In this document: one piece after another, positions 1 through 11,967 of the stretch | How the letters are laid out: every line of letters starts with the position of its first letter | Numbering within the stretch: the stretch's first letter is position 1 | Source of the DNA: Octopus bimaculoides | Lineage: Eukaryota | DNA length: 35,333 nucleotides | NCBI RefSeq assembly: GCF_001194135.2 | Contig: NC_068984.1 | Location: 2,042,051 to 2,077,383, forward strand | Direction: 5' to 3' | Made by a program: the position numbers and the translations under genes | The notes under the pieces: model-generated | Told to the model about the DNA's origin: nothing | The model's input: only the letters and a program-made list of their open reading frames with translations | The model's database searches: none

Positions 1-415
1 TATATATATAGACACATGCATACACACAAACATACGTACGTACATACATACATACATATGCATACATACATACAAACGTACGTACATACATATACACATA
101 CATATAGACATATATACATACATATATACAAACGTACGTACATGCATATATACATACATATACATATATACATACATATACATATATACAAACGTACGTA
201 CATATATATATACAAACATACATACATGTAAACATACACATAAATACACACACACACGTACACACACACACACAAACATACATACATGTATACACATACA
301 TGTATATACATACATGTATACACATACATGTACACACATACATACATGTAAATATATGCATACATGCGCGCGCACACACACTTATGTACATACATACATA
401 CAAACATATACATAC
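1..415. repeat. Compound degenerate (CATA/TACA/CA)n microsatellite
   Basis: Continuous CATA/TA/CA units; ORFs here are H/T/Y/I low-complexity artefacts. Confidence 0.95.
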
Positions 416-429
416 CAGTTTCATCTCCT

Positions 430-605
430 CCTCCATATTCGCCCGACCTTCTACTCTTAGATTCAACTCCAAAGAGAATGTGAAAATCCACCTGGAAGAG
501 TTCCTCGCCAGTAAAGACAGGAAATTCTTTGAATACGGAATAATGGATCTTCCCAAAAGATGGCAGAAGATGCTGACACTAAACGGCAATTGTATCATTG
601 AATGA
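430..605 (+). mobile_element. Mariner (DD34D-type) transposase C-terminal remnant with internal deletion
   Basis: 430-450 encodes PPYSPDL (mariner YSPDL motif). After a frame change it reads RFNSKENVKIHLEEFLASKDRKFFEYGIMDLPKRWQKMLTLNGNCIIE*, the typical mariner C-terminus (GI..LP.RW...NG). Confidence 0.85.
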
Positions 606-997
606 ATAAATCGCTTTATGTTTAAAACTTGTGTCTTGTTTTCTTTTTAAAAAGCGACTGAACGAACGAACTCAAGAAACTTACTCGCATGCACGCATGT
701 ATCTGATTTTCTTGAAGTAAAAATTATTAATTCTATCAAAATAAAATTTAAAATAAGGAAACAGAATGATGCGAATCTTTTGGAAGGACGTTTGCGTGTT
801 CTGTGTTTATGCTTTCGCTGTCAACTTTTCAAATAAATGTACGGAAACTTTCTTTCAATAGATTCGTGTCATTCTGTTGTTTTAAATGCTTTTTTTTTTT
901 ATATAATTGATCATTTTTATTCTGAGAAATATCTTCAAATATTGTGAATATATCAAGAACATTTTTACAAAACATGTGGGGGAGAGCGTGTGTGTGT

Positions 998-1222
998 ATT
1001 ACTCGTTTCAGCTCGAGAGCTACGTTCATGCTGGGGCACCACCGTTAGTTCTGCCATACTTTCACTACTTGAAAGCTCCTCTGATAACTAGAATTTGGTG
1101 AAGGAGAGAATTTCATGTTGCTGCTCTTCCAAATGCGTTTCCTGTCGCGTGGTAGATTCAACCAGAACTCTTGACAGGAGGAAATCCACTTTTGTTTTGA
1201 AGGAACCTACATCCACTCCATG
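998..1222 (-). mobile_element. CR1-like LINE 3' end (end of ORF2 plus 3' UTR/tail)
   Basis: Minus strand reads HGVDVGSFKTKVDFLLSRVLVESTTRQET, then (frameshift) RAAT*NSL, resembling the invertebrate CR1 end FK..LD..L...PD.P....AA.NSL. It ends in ggtggtgccccagcatg...gctgaaacgagtaa. A second diverged copy lies at 21479-21790. Confidence 0.65.
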
Positions 1223-1518
1223 TACATACCTACATATATATACATGTATACATGCATATATGGGTACAGGACATAAAAAAACGAGACACAATGAGAAACG
1301 AGAACACAAAAAACAAAAACAGAAAACAAACTGTTTTTTCGAACAATGAGAAAAATAGAGAAACGAAGTCTCGTTTCTGTTTTTTTTTTGTTCGAAAAAG
1401 TTCGTTTTCTATGGTTTTGTTTTTTATGTTCTCGTTTCTCATTCTGTCTCATTTTTTATTTTTGATGTCCTGTACCCATATATGCATGTATATATACATA
1501 TATATGTAGGTATGTACA
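1221..1518. repeat. Long fold-back palindrome (~146 bp arms, 4 nt loop)
   Basis: 1221-1366 is the imperfect reverse complement of 1371-1518 (e.g. catgcatatatgggtacaggacat / atgtcctgtacccatatatgcatg; aatgagaaacgagaaca / tgttctcgtttctcatt). Confidence 0.9.
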
Positions 1519-1697
1519 TATATGTATGTATATATGCATATATTTATATATTATTTATATTGTTATATGATCGAACGCCACGCATCCTTTTCCAATTAAG
1601 TTTCNNNNNNNNNNNNNNNNNNNNNNNNNNNNNNNNNNNNNNNNNNNNNNNNNNNNNNNNNNNNNNNNNNNNNNNNNNNNNNNNNNNNNNNNNNNNN

Positions 1698-1930
<233 letters not shown>

Positions 1931-2109
1931 TATATGTGCATACATATATACATATTAGGTGAAATACTGCAGATATTGAACAACCTGTGAAGAGATTGTA
2001 AGCTCATTTGTTCGGTCCCTTTCTTCATTGAAATATATGCTAAAATATGTTAATTCATTTATGAAGTTAAATCAGTTAAGAGTTCCATTAAGACTAAAAT
2101 TTCTAAGAT

Positions 2110-2430
2110 TGCCCGACCGTTCTGGCTCCAGCAACAACCATCTTGACTTCTTACAAAAAGGAAACCATTCAACTGACTTAGTCTAACAACAACATTTATC
2201 AACACGCTGTTTCGTTCCTTCTCAACCTCTTCTACCGCTGCTATAACAACTCTTGTGAAGACGATAACGGGCCGTACTCGACGCTCTTATTCCCAGCACC
2301 CCTCATCCGCTGTCATATACCATAACCGATATCTTTTCTCGGAACAGCAGCCCTCTACGATTTCCTTCAGGCTTGGAATTTCCTGATATCGACTTTAAGC
2401 AGTTTAAATTGATCATCAAGCTTATTAGTT
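2110..2430 (+). mobile_element. Decayed CR1/L2-group LINE ORF2 C-terminal fragment
   Basis: Conceptual translation across frameshifts gives HLDFLQK, LFYRCYNNSC (2227-2256), FSRTAAL and FPDIDFKQFKLII, resembling LD.IQ..AIRLI / LFYRYYNG.CS / FFPRT..LWN / FP...L..FK motifs. Confidence 0.5.
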
Positions 2431-2454
2431 GGTTCTCCTCAACACTAAACGTTT

Positions 2455-2490
<36 letters not shown>

Positions 2491-3183
2491 GTATATATAT
2501 ATATATGCATGGATTTATTATTTCTCGCTATTGTAATAACGTTTTCTCCGCTATTTCCATTATTTTCGCAGCACAGCTGGTTTTTAAAACTACCTCTTAT
2601 AAATATTGTTCCAGTCAACAACAGTTGTGTTGCTGGAAAAAGTAATTTATCATCTGAGGACATCTCGCTTCTTGCTCATTTCATCGAAAATGAAAGAAAA
2701 TATAAATGTAGTCAATAAATCCAGTCAGTCTTGATAATTCACAAATACAATTCGTCGTAAACTGTGTGTCTTCTTACGTTTACTGGAATGGAAGATGCAT
2801 CCATCCTAATTTCCTTGTATTTTTATTTAAAATTTGTTAATGTGTCAGTCAGCGGATAAAGGGTAGAGATCCTGGTCCTTTTTTTTTTTTTTTCACCCAC
2901 TTCAAGACCAGGAGAATGTTAAAAGATAAATACAGGTAAATCAAATACCATACAACATATATTTTTTGATTTATTCATACTATCTCCACCGCTAGTGGAT
3001 ATGTCATGGTTACCGAATAACAATGAAGGCCAGGTCCACATGAGAAGGGGAAATCGTTTCAAGAATTACGAATTCTGCAAAGATGAAATGCCAGACATAA
3101 AGAATGGCAACGGAATGGGCTGCACTGAACGAAGCTGGGACCAGGTGATCATACTAAAGAGGAACTTTTGGTCAGATGAATCA

Positions 3184-3268
3184 AACCCAGTATGTTTTTA
3201 AATCCTGATACTTGTACTATCGGTCCCTTTTACCGAACCTCTAAGTCATGAGATCGTAAACACACCAC
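3184..3268 (-). mobile_element. SINE family A internal fragment
   Basis: tacttgtactatcggtcccttttaccgaacctctaagtcatgagatcgtaaacacacca aligns with the copies at 31199-31398 and 33760-34103. Confidence 0.65.
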
Positions 3269-3424
3269 TTAACCAAGAGCACATGTGTTTGAAGAGATTA
3301 ATCGAAAGCGCTCGCACACACTAGGAAGAAAGCTTCTTCCAAAAAGGATTCTAACATCCCGATAAAATGACTTTAGAAAAAATCCCCATTATACTTAAAA
3401 ACAATATTAAGTAATTTTCAGAAA

Positions 3425-3495
<71 letters not shown>

Positions 3496-4217
3496 NNNNN
3501 NNNNNNNNNNNNNNNNNNNNNNNNNNNNNNNNNNNNNNNNNNNNNNNNNNNNNNNNNNNNNNNNNNNNNNNNNNNNNNNNNNNNNNNNNNNNNNNNNNNN
3601 NNNNNNNNNNNNNNNNNNNNNNNNNNNNNNNNNNNNNNNNNNNNNNNNNNNNNNNNNNNNNNNNNNNNNNNNNNNNNNNNNNNNNNNNNNNNNNNNNNNN
3701 NNNNNNNNNNNNNNNNNNNNNNNNNNNNNNNNNNNNNNNNNNNNNNNNNNNNNNNNNNNNNNNNNNNNNNNNNNNNNNNNNNNNNNNNNNNNNNNNNNNN
3801 NNNNNNNNNNNNNNNNNNNNNNNNNNNNNNNNNNNNNNNNNNNNNNNNNNNNNNNNNNNNNNNNNNNNNNNNNNNNNNNNNNNNNNNNNNNNNNNNNNNN
3901 NNNNNNNNNNNNNNNNNNNNNNNNNNNNNNNNNNNNNNNNNNNNNNNNNNNNNNNNNNNNNNNNNNNNNNNNNNNNNNNNNNNNNNNNGTTGTATTTCGG
4001 GATGGTTATTTCTTTTCGTTTTCTGCCAAATAAACACACGCCCTGTATATTCATTCTTCACTCGTTTCTTACTGTTCTTATTTTAACTGGTGTTCATTGT
4101 CCAGAAATCTTTCGTCACACATCTGTGACCTCTTCAGCGACACTTTCCGTCTCCGTGTGTGCTCTTGCTCTACCTATTTCATTGTCTTGCAAAACATCCA
4201 TAACAACACACACACAC

Positions 4218-4363
4218 ACGACAGACTTCTTTTAGTTTCCCTCTATAAGGCTTTAATTGGTTGGAGGCTATAGTAGAAGACCTAAGGTGTCAGACAGTGG
4301 GACTGAACTCGATACCATGTAATTGGGAAGCAAGCTGCATACGACATAGCCGCGGCGCCTGCG
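4218..4363 (-). mobile_element. SINE family A, 5' half (tRNA-derived head plus CORE-like segment)
   Basis: Aligns with the 5' halves at 23569-23699 (+) and 33990-34103 (-); degenerate pol III B-box (gagttcagtccc) on the minus strand. Confidence 0.75.
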
Positions 4364-4647
4364 AACAAAGGCAATTTATTTTGTATCCGCCTATATCTCT
4401 TCTGTTATGTGAAGACACAGATCGAAATCGGATGCTCTGCCGATTACCTAAAAATCTGCGTAGCAGATCAGCATTTAAGTTCCAAGTAGTTGTAGATTTT
4501 TATTTGGTCATATCGAATGTTACTGGTATTGATCCACGCACCGATAATTTTATTTTAAATGAGGATGATATTATGGCAGACATTCGAATCAGGGAGCAGA
4601 GCAAAAGGGACACAGCTACAAACAGCTTGCACACGCATGTGTATATA

Positions 4648-4710
<63 letters not shown>

Positions 4711-5122
4711 TTTTTGCATCTGGTTTGCTAGGTTCTTGGTGTGAATTCGTGTGTTGAAACAAAGATTGTTGTATCTTGGCTGGGTCATTACGCCGACTTC
4801 ACATCTTTATTTGACCAACCAACTAATCGGTCGCTGGCTTAATCGATCGGTGAAACAATCGATCAGTTGTCCTTCTGTTGCCGAGCGAGAGAAGACATGT
4901 CATTGATGAGGTTGCAAATGGCGAAGGAAGGATTTCCACAAACAATGACTGGTTGTTTAAGCAACTGATTAAGCAGACGATCAGTTGATTGGTTGATTAA
5001 AGGACTAATCAACTGACGAGCAATAATGAAGTGTATATGTTTATTATGAACGTAATGATCCTCTCGAGCTACAACAATGTCTGCATATAGATATGCGTGT
5101 GTGTGTTTGTGAGTGTGTATGT

Positions 5123-5389
5123 TAGATAAAATGAGATAACAAGGCCAAGGCTATTTGGTATTCTTAGGACATTTATAAATAGAAGGTGGTCTTACAGCTG
5201 TTTCAGGGAAATAAATGACATCCCATCATCACAGACGAGTTAAAAGAGCTTCAATCGAAGGAATTAGCAGACGCTCACATACGACCTGCCTTAGACCCCT
5301 CACTCATGCTATTATGGAACCGGCAGTTTAACAGCTGTCTTTCTGTAGCACTTACATAGCCTTACCTGACTTTTGGGTCTTCTGGAGAT

Positions 5390-5460
<71 letters not shown>

Positions 5461-6001
5461 CGTTCATTCGCACATACATACATACACACACACCTTCTTG
5501 TTTTTTATGAATTATAATATTAAAACGAAGTTTCCTGACGGACCACTTTACGGATTGTTGACCGATCATCAGAAAAAAACGTTCTCATTTTCCTTCCCGA
5601 ATTAATAACATACATTATTTACCTCTTACATAAAACAGTTTATAAATAAATTTGACCATCGACATGGTGGTTTGCTTAAGTCGTATATATATATATATAT
5701 TTTNNNNNNNNNNTAGATAAAATGAGATAACAAGGCCAAGGCTATTTGGTATTCTTAGGACATTTATAAATAGAAGGTGGTCTTACAGCTGTTTCAGGGA
5801 AATAAATGACATCCCATCATCACAGACGAGTTAAAAGAGCTTCAATCGAAGGAATTAGCAGACGCTCACATACGACCTGCCTTAGACCCCTCACTCATGC
5901 TATTATGGAACCGGCAGTTTAACAGCTGTCTTTCTGTAGCACTTACATAGCCTTACCTGACTTTTGGGTCTTCTGGAGATTATATATATATATATATATA
6001 T
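5123..6001. repeat. Identical 288 bp direct duplication (5123-5410 = 5714-6001) flanking a 10-N gap
   Basis: Base-by-base identical, offset 591; the second copy begins right after the gap at 5704-5713. Confidence 0.9.
5189..5236 (-). ncRNA. Decayed minimal type I hammerhead ribozyme (duplicated at 5780-5827)
   Basis: Minus strand: GUCU-GUGAUGA-U GGGA..UCCC U-GAAAC-AGCU-GUA-AGAC. Helix I 4 bp, helix II 4 bp, palindromic helix III. C3 is replaced by G and a U.U pair replaces G10.1-C11.1. Confidence 0.55.
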
Positions 6002-6008
6002 GTATATA

Positions 6009-6260
6009 CAAGGTGCGATGAGTTAATTGTCGCCATATTATATATTTAATTTCGCGCATGCTCATTGTTTTTGATTTTGTCGACTACACAGTATAGTAGG
6101 GTCAGTTGGGCACAATGTGTGAAAAAACCCAGCACGCACCATGACACAATTCACTCTGCTAGAAATTTGGAAGCGACATATAGTACTGCTTGGTATTCAC
6201 GCCAGAAGCTCGAATACGAACATTTCAGAGTGTTTGGGTGTCAATCTGAGGACTATTTAC
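6009..6260 (+). mobile_element. Tc1/mariner (maT/DD37D-like) element 5' end: left TIR plus transposase N-terminus
   Basis: TA followed by caaggtgcgatgagttaattgtcgcc, an inverted match to the right TIR at 32391-32417. ATG 6141 reads MTQFTLLEIWKRHIVLLGIHARSSNTNISECLGVNLRTIY (HTH-like IS..LGV..RT). Confidence 0.7.
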
Positions 6261-6336
6261 ACGACGTGTAGTCTGTTTTCCTTGAATCCACTTTGTATAT
6301 ATATATATATATCTCTCTTTCTCTTTCCTTCCCCCC

Positions 6337-6432
6337 CTCGTTCTTCCTCTGTACTACTACGTATCTCGCTTTACCCCTCTCGTTCTTCCTCTGTTACTAC
6401 TACGTATCTCTTTTCCCCCTCGTTTTTCCTCT
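6337..6432. repeat. ~41 bp pyrimidine-rich tandem repeat, about 2.3 copies
   Basis: ctcgttcttcctctgt(t)actactacgtatctc occurs at 6337 and 6379, with a partial copy at 6419. Confidence 0.7.
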
Positions 6433-9399
6433 CTTTCTCTTTTCCTCTCGTTGCTCACCTATTCTTCTACTTCCTCCCTCTGTTTCTCTCTCTTCCCTTT
6501 ACACCGGCATGGTCACATGCTTCCGGTCAATAATCCTTTCTTTCCTTGGCTTTCGCCAAGCAACGCACGCACCACTTTGTCCCTCTCGGGTCCGTGCCTC
6601 ATCGCGTTCTTACACACATAATTTTTCTCGTCTGGCCGTAAAGCCTTTTCTGTTTGTTTTCCTGTCTTGNNNNNNNNNNNNNNNNNNNNNNNNNNNNNNN
6701 NNNNNNNNNNNNNNNNNNNNNNNNNNNNNNNNNNNNNNNNNNNNNNNNNNNNNNNNNNNNNNNNNNNNNNNNNNNNNNNNNNNNNNNNNNNNNNNNNNNN
6801 NNNNNNNNNNNNNNNNNNNNNNNNNNNNNNNNNNNNNNNNNNNNNNNNNNNNNNNNNNNNNNNNNNNNNNNNNNNNNNNNNNNNNNNNNNNNNNNNNNNN
6901 NNNNNNNNNNNNNNNNNNNNNNNNNNNNNNNNNNNNNNNNNNNNNNNNNNNNNNNNNNNNNNNNNNNNNNNNNNNNNNNNNNNNNNNNNNNNNNNNNNNN
7001 NNNNNNNNNNNNNNNNNNNNNNNNNNNNNNNNNNNNNNNNNNNNNNNNNNNNNNNNNNNNNNNNNNNNNNNNNNNNNNNNNNNNNNNNNNNNNNNNNNNN
7101 NNNNNNNNNNNNNNNNTATATATATAAATATATATGCCTGTTTATCTTTCTGTATATGTAGATACACACTGACACATATACGCACACACATACATTATAT
7201 TATATTATATTATACTATACTATATTATACTGTATTATGTTATATTAAATCATATTGTATTTATTATATTATACACATTGCCATCTCAATGAAAATATTA
7301 TTTTATTCCATTCCTGCTTGATTTGTCGCTGACTGATTTTTAGAAAAAAAAGTTATTAGACATTGTTATTTCGTAACTTTCACTTTTTAGGCAAGACGCT
7401 CAGCCCTCCTTATCTTGAATTAATATAGCTTCTGTTATGGTTTACGCAATCAAATTTCTCCCAACCGTTAGCAGTCTGCAGGAAGTAAACAGACATGGCC
7501 ACTTTCTATCCTTCTATAAAAGCGCTGAGATAGACAGAGCCATACCAAATATATATTGTTCATAAGGAACTTAATGTGGTTTGAATTAACCGCTTCCGTT
7601 GATACAGAGAAGCTTTTGTGAATCTTTTAAGGAGATAAATAGAGAAGCAACGACAAACTGTTGAGAAGCAGTTCTAGATGAGGTAATTATATCATTGATT
7701 ATATAATTAATATTACAGCAATTCGGTTGAAGTCTCTTTCTGAACTGGTATGATGCAATTGAGTTAGAAGAAGGCAATGACCATTATGCCATCATGCTAC
7801 GACACACTCTATATAAAACTGGTGAAATTATCTGGATAAAGTTTAAATGATGCCTTAGAAAGATCGATTGAGTTCGTGTAAGAGTGTAATATTGAATCGA
7901 CTCACTACTGATTTGCTTCTTCTCTGAAGAAATACCGTTTCCTAAGTTTTGTGTAAATAATCCGTTATTTCCGATATATTTTGAGAGGTTTTGAGTTATA
8001 TATGACCATTCTGAAATTCATTAAAGCCCTGAATTGAAGAAATTAAAACTTAGAATGGAAAATAAGTCGCAGATTCTACAGTGATCGCCAAAGTTTACCA
8101 TAAGAAAGATTTCGAAGATTCTTAGCTGACTGAAACGGAGCGAGTATAAACGTTAAAATCAAGTACTCCTTTAGTTGATTTCAAAGAAGTGAGTACAGAC
8201 GTTTAAATGAAGTATTCGTACACTTGATTTAAAAAGAAGCGAATTAAGATGTTTAGAGGAAGTCGTTCCTTATCTTATCAAATCCGGAAGGATAAAGACT
8301 AAAGTTGATGTCAGTCGTGTTTCAATCCAGAATATAGAGAGATCGGATAATCGTAAAACGCTTTTGTCCATTCGTGTACCGAATCTACCGTCAACCAAAC
8401 TGAAACAATGGCCAAAATGATTTCTGACATAGACGTGTGACAAATGACATAAAGTTAGAAACAAGCTCGTTAAAAGCTCAAAATAGTTTCGATCCCGGTT
8501 GAAGCCAATTATATTTACCACCACCATTATCATCTTGATCATCATCACGAGTAATAATACAAGTGAGAACAGTTCATTATCTCGTTGTTGAGTTAACCAT
8601 TAGACGTTATAGGTGTGTCCTCTCCTGTATCTTGACACTCTTCGCAGTTTGTTTAGGAGAAAGAGAAGGAGGAGAGAGAGAGAGAGGGGAGGAGTAGATG
8701 ATGAGGAGAGAGAGGAGGTGTGTTTGACTGGTAACAGCTATAGAAAGCTGGGTGGAGGTAGGAGGGGTGTTCACGTAGAGATGGCCTTTATCACTTCACT
8801 GATCACTAACCTAAAAAGTGCCACCTAGAGACTCACACGCACACACACTTGTACGTATACATACATGCACACGAACACACACATTTACTCATATACATGA
8901 ATACACATGTTGCATGTGCGTGTGTGTATGTGTGTGTGTGCATGTATATAAGCATATATATATATATATATATATATATACGCACACACATACATATATA
9001 CCTGCATCCTTACATATACGCATATACACATATAAACATACACACACACATAAGTGTGTGTGTATATATACATATGTATATATGTATACTATACATATAT
9101 ATACATACGTATATATATAGAATATACATATATGTAATACACATATATATACATGCGTACATACATATATATATAATATACATATACATACGTATATATA
9201 ATATACATATATATATACGTATATATAACATACATATATATACGTATATATATATATATATACAATGTACATATATATATATATACATACGTATATGTAT
9301 ATAGAATATACATATTTATATACATACGTATATATATATATAGAACATATATATATATATATATATAATATACGTATATTTTTTTATTTTATTTTTTTT

Positions 9400-9443
9400 A
9401 TTATAGTTTCAGCTTAGAGCTGCGGCCATGCTGATGCACCGCC
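9400..9443 (-). mobile_element. Isolated LINE/SINE-A 3' tail stub
   Basis: Minus strand ggcggtgcatcagcatggccgcagctctaagctgaaactataa matches the tail at 998-1045. Confidence 0.65.
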
Positions 9444-9556
9444 GTGCTGCCACACTGTCATCACAGGGAGCCTCTCACAATTCGTGGCACTTGTATATAT
9501 ATCATATACATATACATACATGCGTATACATATATAATATACATATATATGTACAT

Positions 9557-9637
9557 TTGATTCGACTAAAGGCGGTGCCCCAGCATGGCCACAGTCAAAT
9601 GACTGAAACAAGTAAAAGAGTAAAAGAGTAAAAGAGT
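9557..9637 (+). mobile_element. SINE A 3' end with (GAGTAAAA)n tail
   Basis: ttcgactaaaggcggtgccccagcatggccacagtcaaatgactgaaacaagtaaaagagtaaaagagtaaaagag. Confidence 0.8.
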
Positions 9638-9892
9638 ATACATATGTATATATATATATATATATATATACATATATATATTATATATATATATATTATA
9701 TATATATATTTACGCATATATATATAATATACATACGTATATGTATAATATACATATATACATACGTATATATATATATATATATATAATATACATATGT
9801 ATACATACGTATATATATAATATACATATGTATACATACGTATATATATATAATATACACATATATACATACGTATATATATATAATATACT

Positions 9893-9950
9893 GGTGCACC
9901 AGCATGACCGCAGCCACTTGGCTGAAACACATAAATAAATAAATAAATAA
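9893..9950 (+). mobile_element. Isolated LINE/SINE-A 3' tail stub with (TAAA)n
   Basis: ggtgcaccagcatgaccgcagccacttggctgaaacacataaataaat. Confidence 0.65.
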
Positions 9951-10908
9951 ATATACATACATACGTATATATATATATAATATACATACGTATATATATA
10001 ATATACATATATATACATACGTATATATATAATATACATATATATATGCATACGTATATATATAATATACAAATATATACATATGTATATATATAATATA
10101 CAAATATANNNNNNNNNNNNNNNNNNNNNNNNNNNNNNNNNNNNNNNNNNNNNNNNNNNNNNNNNNNNNNNNNNNNNNNNNNNNNNNNNNNNNNNNNNNN
10201 NNNNNNNNNNNNNNNNNNNNNNNNNNNNNNNNNNNNNNNNNNNNNNNNNNNNNNNNNNNNNNNNNNNNNNNNNNNNNNNNNNNNNNNNNNNNNNNNNNNN
10301 NNNNNNNNNNNNNNNNNNNNNNNNNNNNNNNNNNNNNNNNNNNNNNNNNNNNNNNNNNNNNNNNNNNNNNNNNNNNNNNNNNNNNNNNNNNNNNNNNNNN
10401 NNNNNNNNNNNNNNNNNNNNNNNNNNNNNNNNNNNNNNNNNNNNNNNNNNNNNNNNNNNNNNNNNNNNNNNNNNNNNNNNNNNNNNNNNNNNNNNNNNNN
10501 NNNNNNNNNNNNNNNNNNNNNNNNNNNNNNNNNNNNNNNNNNNNNNNNNNNNNNNNACGTATATATATAATATACATACGTATATATATAAATATGTATA
10601 TACATACGTATATATATATAAAATACATACGTATATATATATAATATACATATATATATATATAATATACATATACATACATATATATATATATATGTAC
10701 ATACGTATATATATATAATATACATATATATATACATACGTATATATATAATATACATATATATATATATACATACGTATATATATAATATACATATATA
10801 TACATACGTATATATAATATACATATATACACATACGTATATATATATATAATATACATATATATATATATGTGTGTATATATATGTATATATATGTATA
10901 TATACATG

Positions 10909-10940
<32 letters not shown>

Positions 10941-10991
10941 CATATATATATACTTATAGATATATATATATATGGAGGAGTAGATGGGTGG

Positions 10992-10992
<1 letters not shown>

Positions 10993-11064
<72 letters not shown>
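10993..11064. repeat. (TG)n microsatellite
   Basis: Perfect dinucleotide run. Confidence 0.97.
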
Positions 11065-11065
<1 letters not shown>

Positions 11066-11331
11066 ATGTTTGTTGTAGAAATAGTTACAGAGTAAAAATA
11101 GGAGGCGTGCAAGAGGAGAAGGAAGAGAAATATGTGGGCGAATTTCGTGTGAATATATTGGAAATATACCCGAGGCTGAAAAGGAGGGAGAAGAGATTAT
11201 CTGAGATACGGCATAGTGAAGAGGAGGCTGAAGGGGAAAGATAGCAGTGACCAATCATGGTAAATGTGTGTTTCTATGAAGCTGATGCTTCGGGATTTTA
11301 AGTTGATTTCGTTTGTCTTAATGTGACCTTC

Positions 11332-11362
<31 letters not shown>

Positions 11363-11967
11363 CTGTTGTTGCTTGTGATTTTGTTTGAGCTGCTGACCAG
11401 TGGTCAGACGTAACTCCACGATTATATTGTATATGTCCTTCCTTTTCTTCAACGGTAAGTTTTCGTTGGGAGGATATTTGGTCGCTATGGTTTGCCAGTT
11501 ATGGCACCACATAGAGATTTTCTTCGTTGACTTTTTGATGGGATTGTTGTATTTCATGACGACGACGACGACGATATAAATGTTGTTGATGTTTCAGGCT
11601 ATTTATTTTCTAAGTCGATGCTAAATTGTTATGGTTCAGTCATGGGGCAGGGGCTGTATCAGTGTCCTACACAGACTGATGATGTTTGTCAACATCGTCA
11701 ACAGATTATTGTGTTGATGGTGTTTCTGTTAGCGATTTGTGTTTCCGCTTCATGTTGTTTGTGTTGCTGTGATTGACGGTGACGTTGATGTTGTGGTTGC
11801 TGTTATTGGCTTCGTTGTTGTTGTTGTCGTGTGTTTGTGGATGTTATTGTTTAGTCCTAAAATCAACCCTGATCATAAGCGCTCCAACTACGACCACCCC
11901 GTCTTATATTTCACATTTTCTGCTCCTAGTTCTCTATTACCCAACGTCTCCCATTTATTTCAAAATA

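Larger units (their letters stand above)
8960..10930. repeat. TA-rich minisatellite with recurring tacatacgtatatatataatatacat unit (interrupted by a gap)
   Basis: Repeated ~20-30 bp units containing TACGTA on both sides of the 10109-10556 gap. Confidence 0.9.

Noticed and set aside
2980-3180. Possible RTE LINE 3' coding remnant (W.P...R.G.P)
   Set aside because: Needs several assumed frameshifts; not supportable.
4790-5020. Recurring gatcagttg/aatcaactga motifs
   Set aside because: Looks like a decayed GATT/AATC-type simple repeat without a consistent unit or spacing.
5524-5575. Minus-strand CUGAUGA...GAAAC-UUC-GUU as a third hammerhead
   Set aside because: Helix I cannot form and helix II is poor; at best a very decayed relic.
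7510-7550. TATAAAAG as a promoter
   Set aside because: Expected by chance in AT-rich DNA; no downstream gene supported.
9595-11254. Long ORFs of 400-500 aa (also those across 3351-4235, 17056-18231, 22074-22999, 29850-30640)
   Set aside because: They are read-through of N-gaps and TA/CA microsatellites; no coding complexity.
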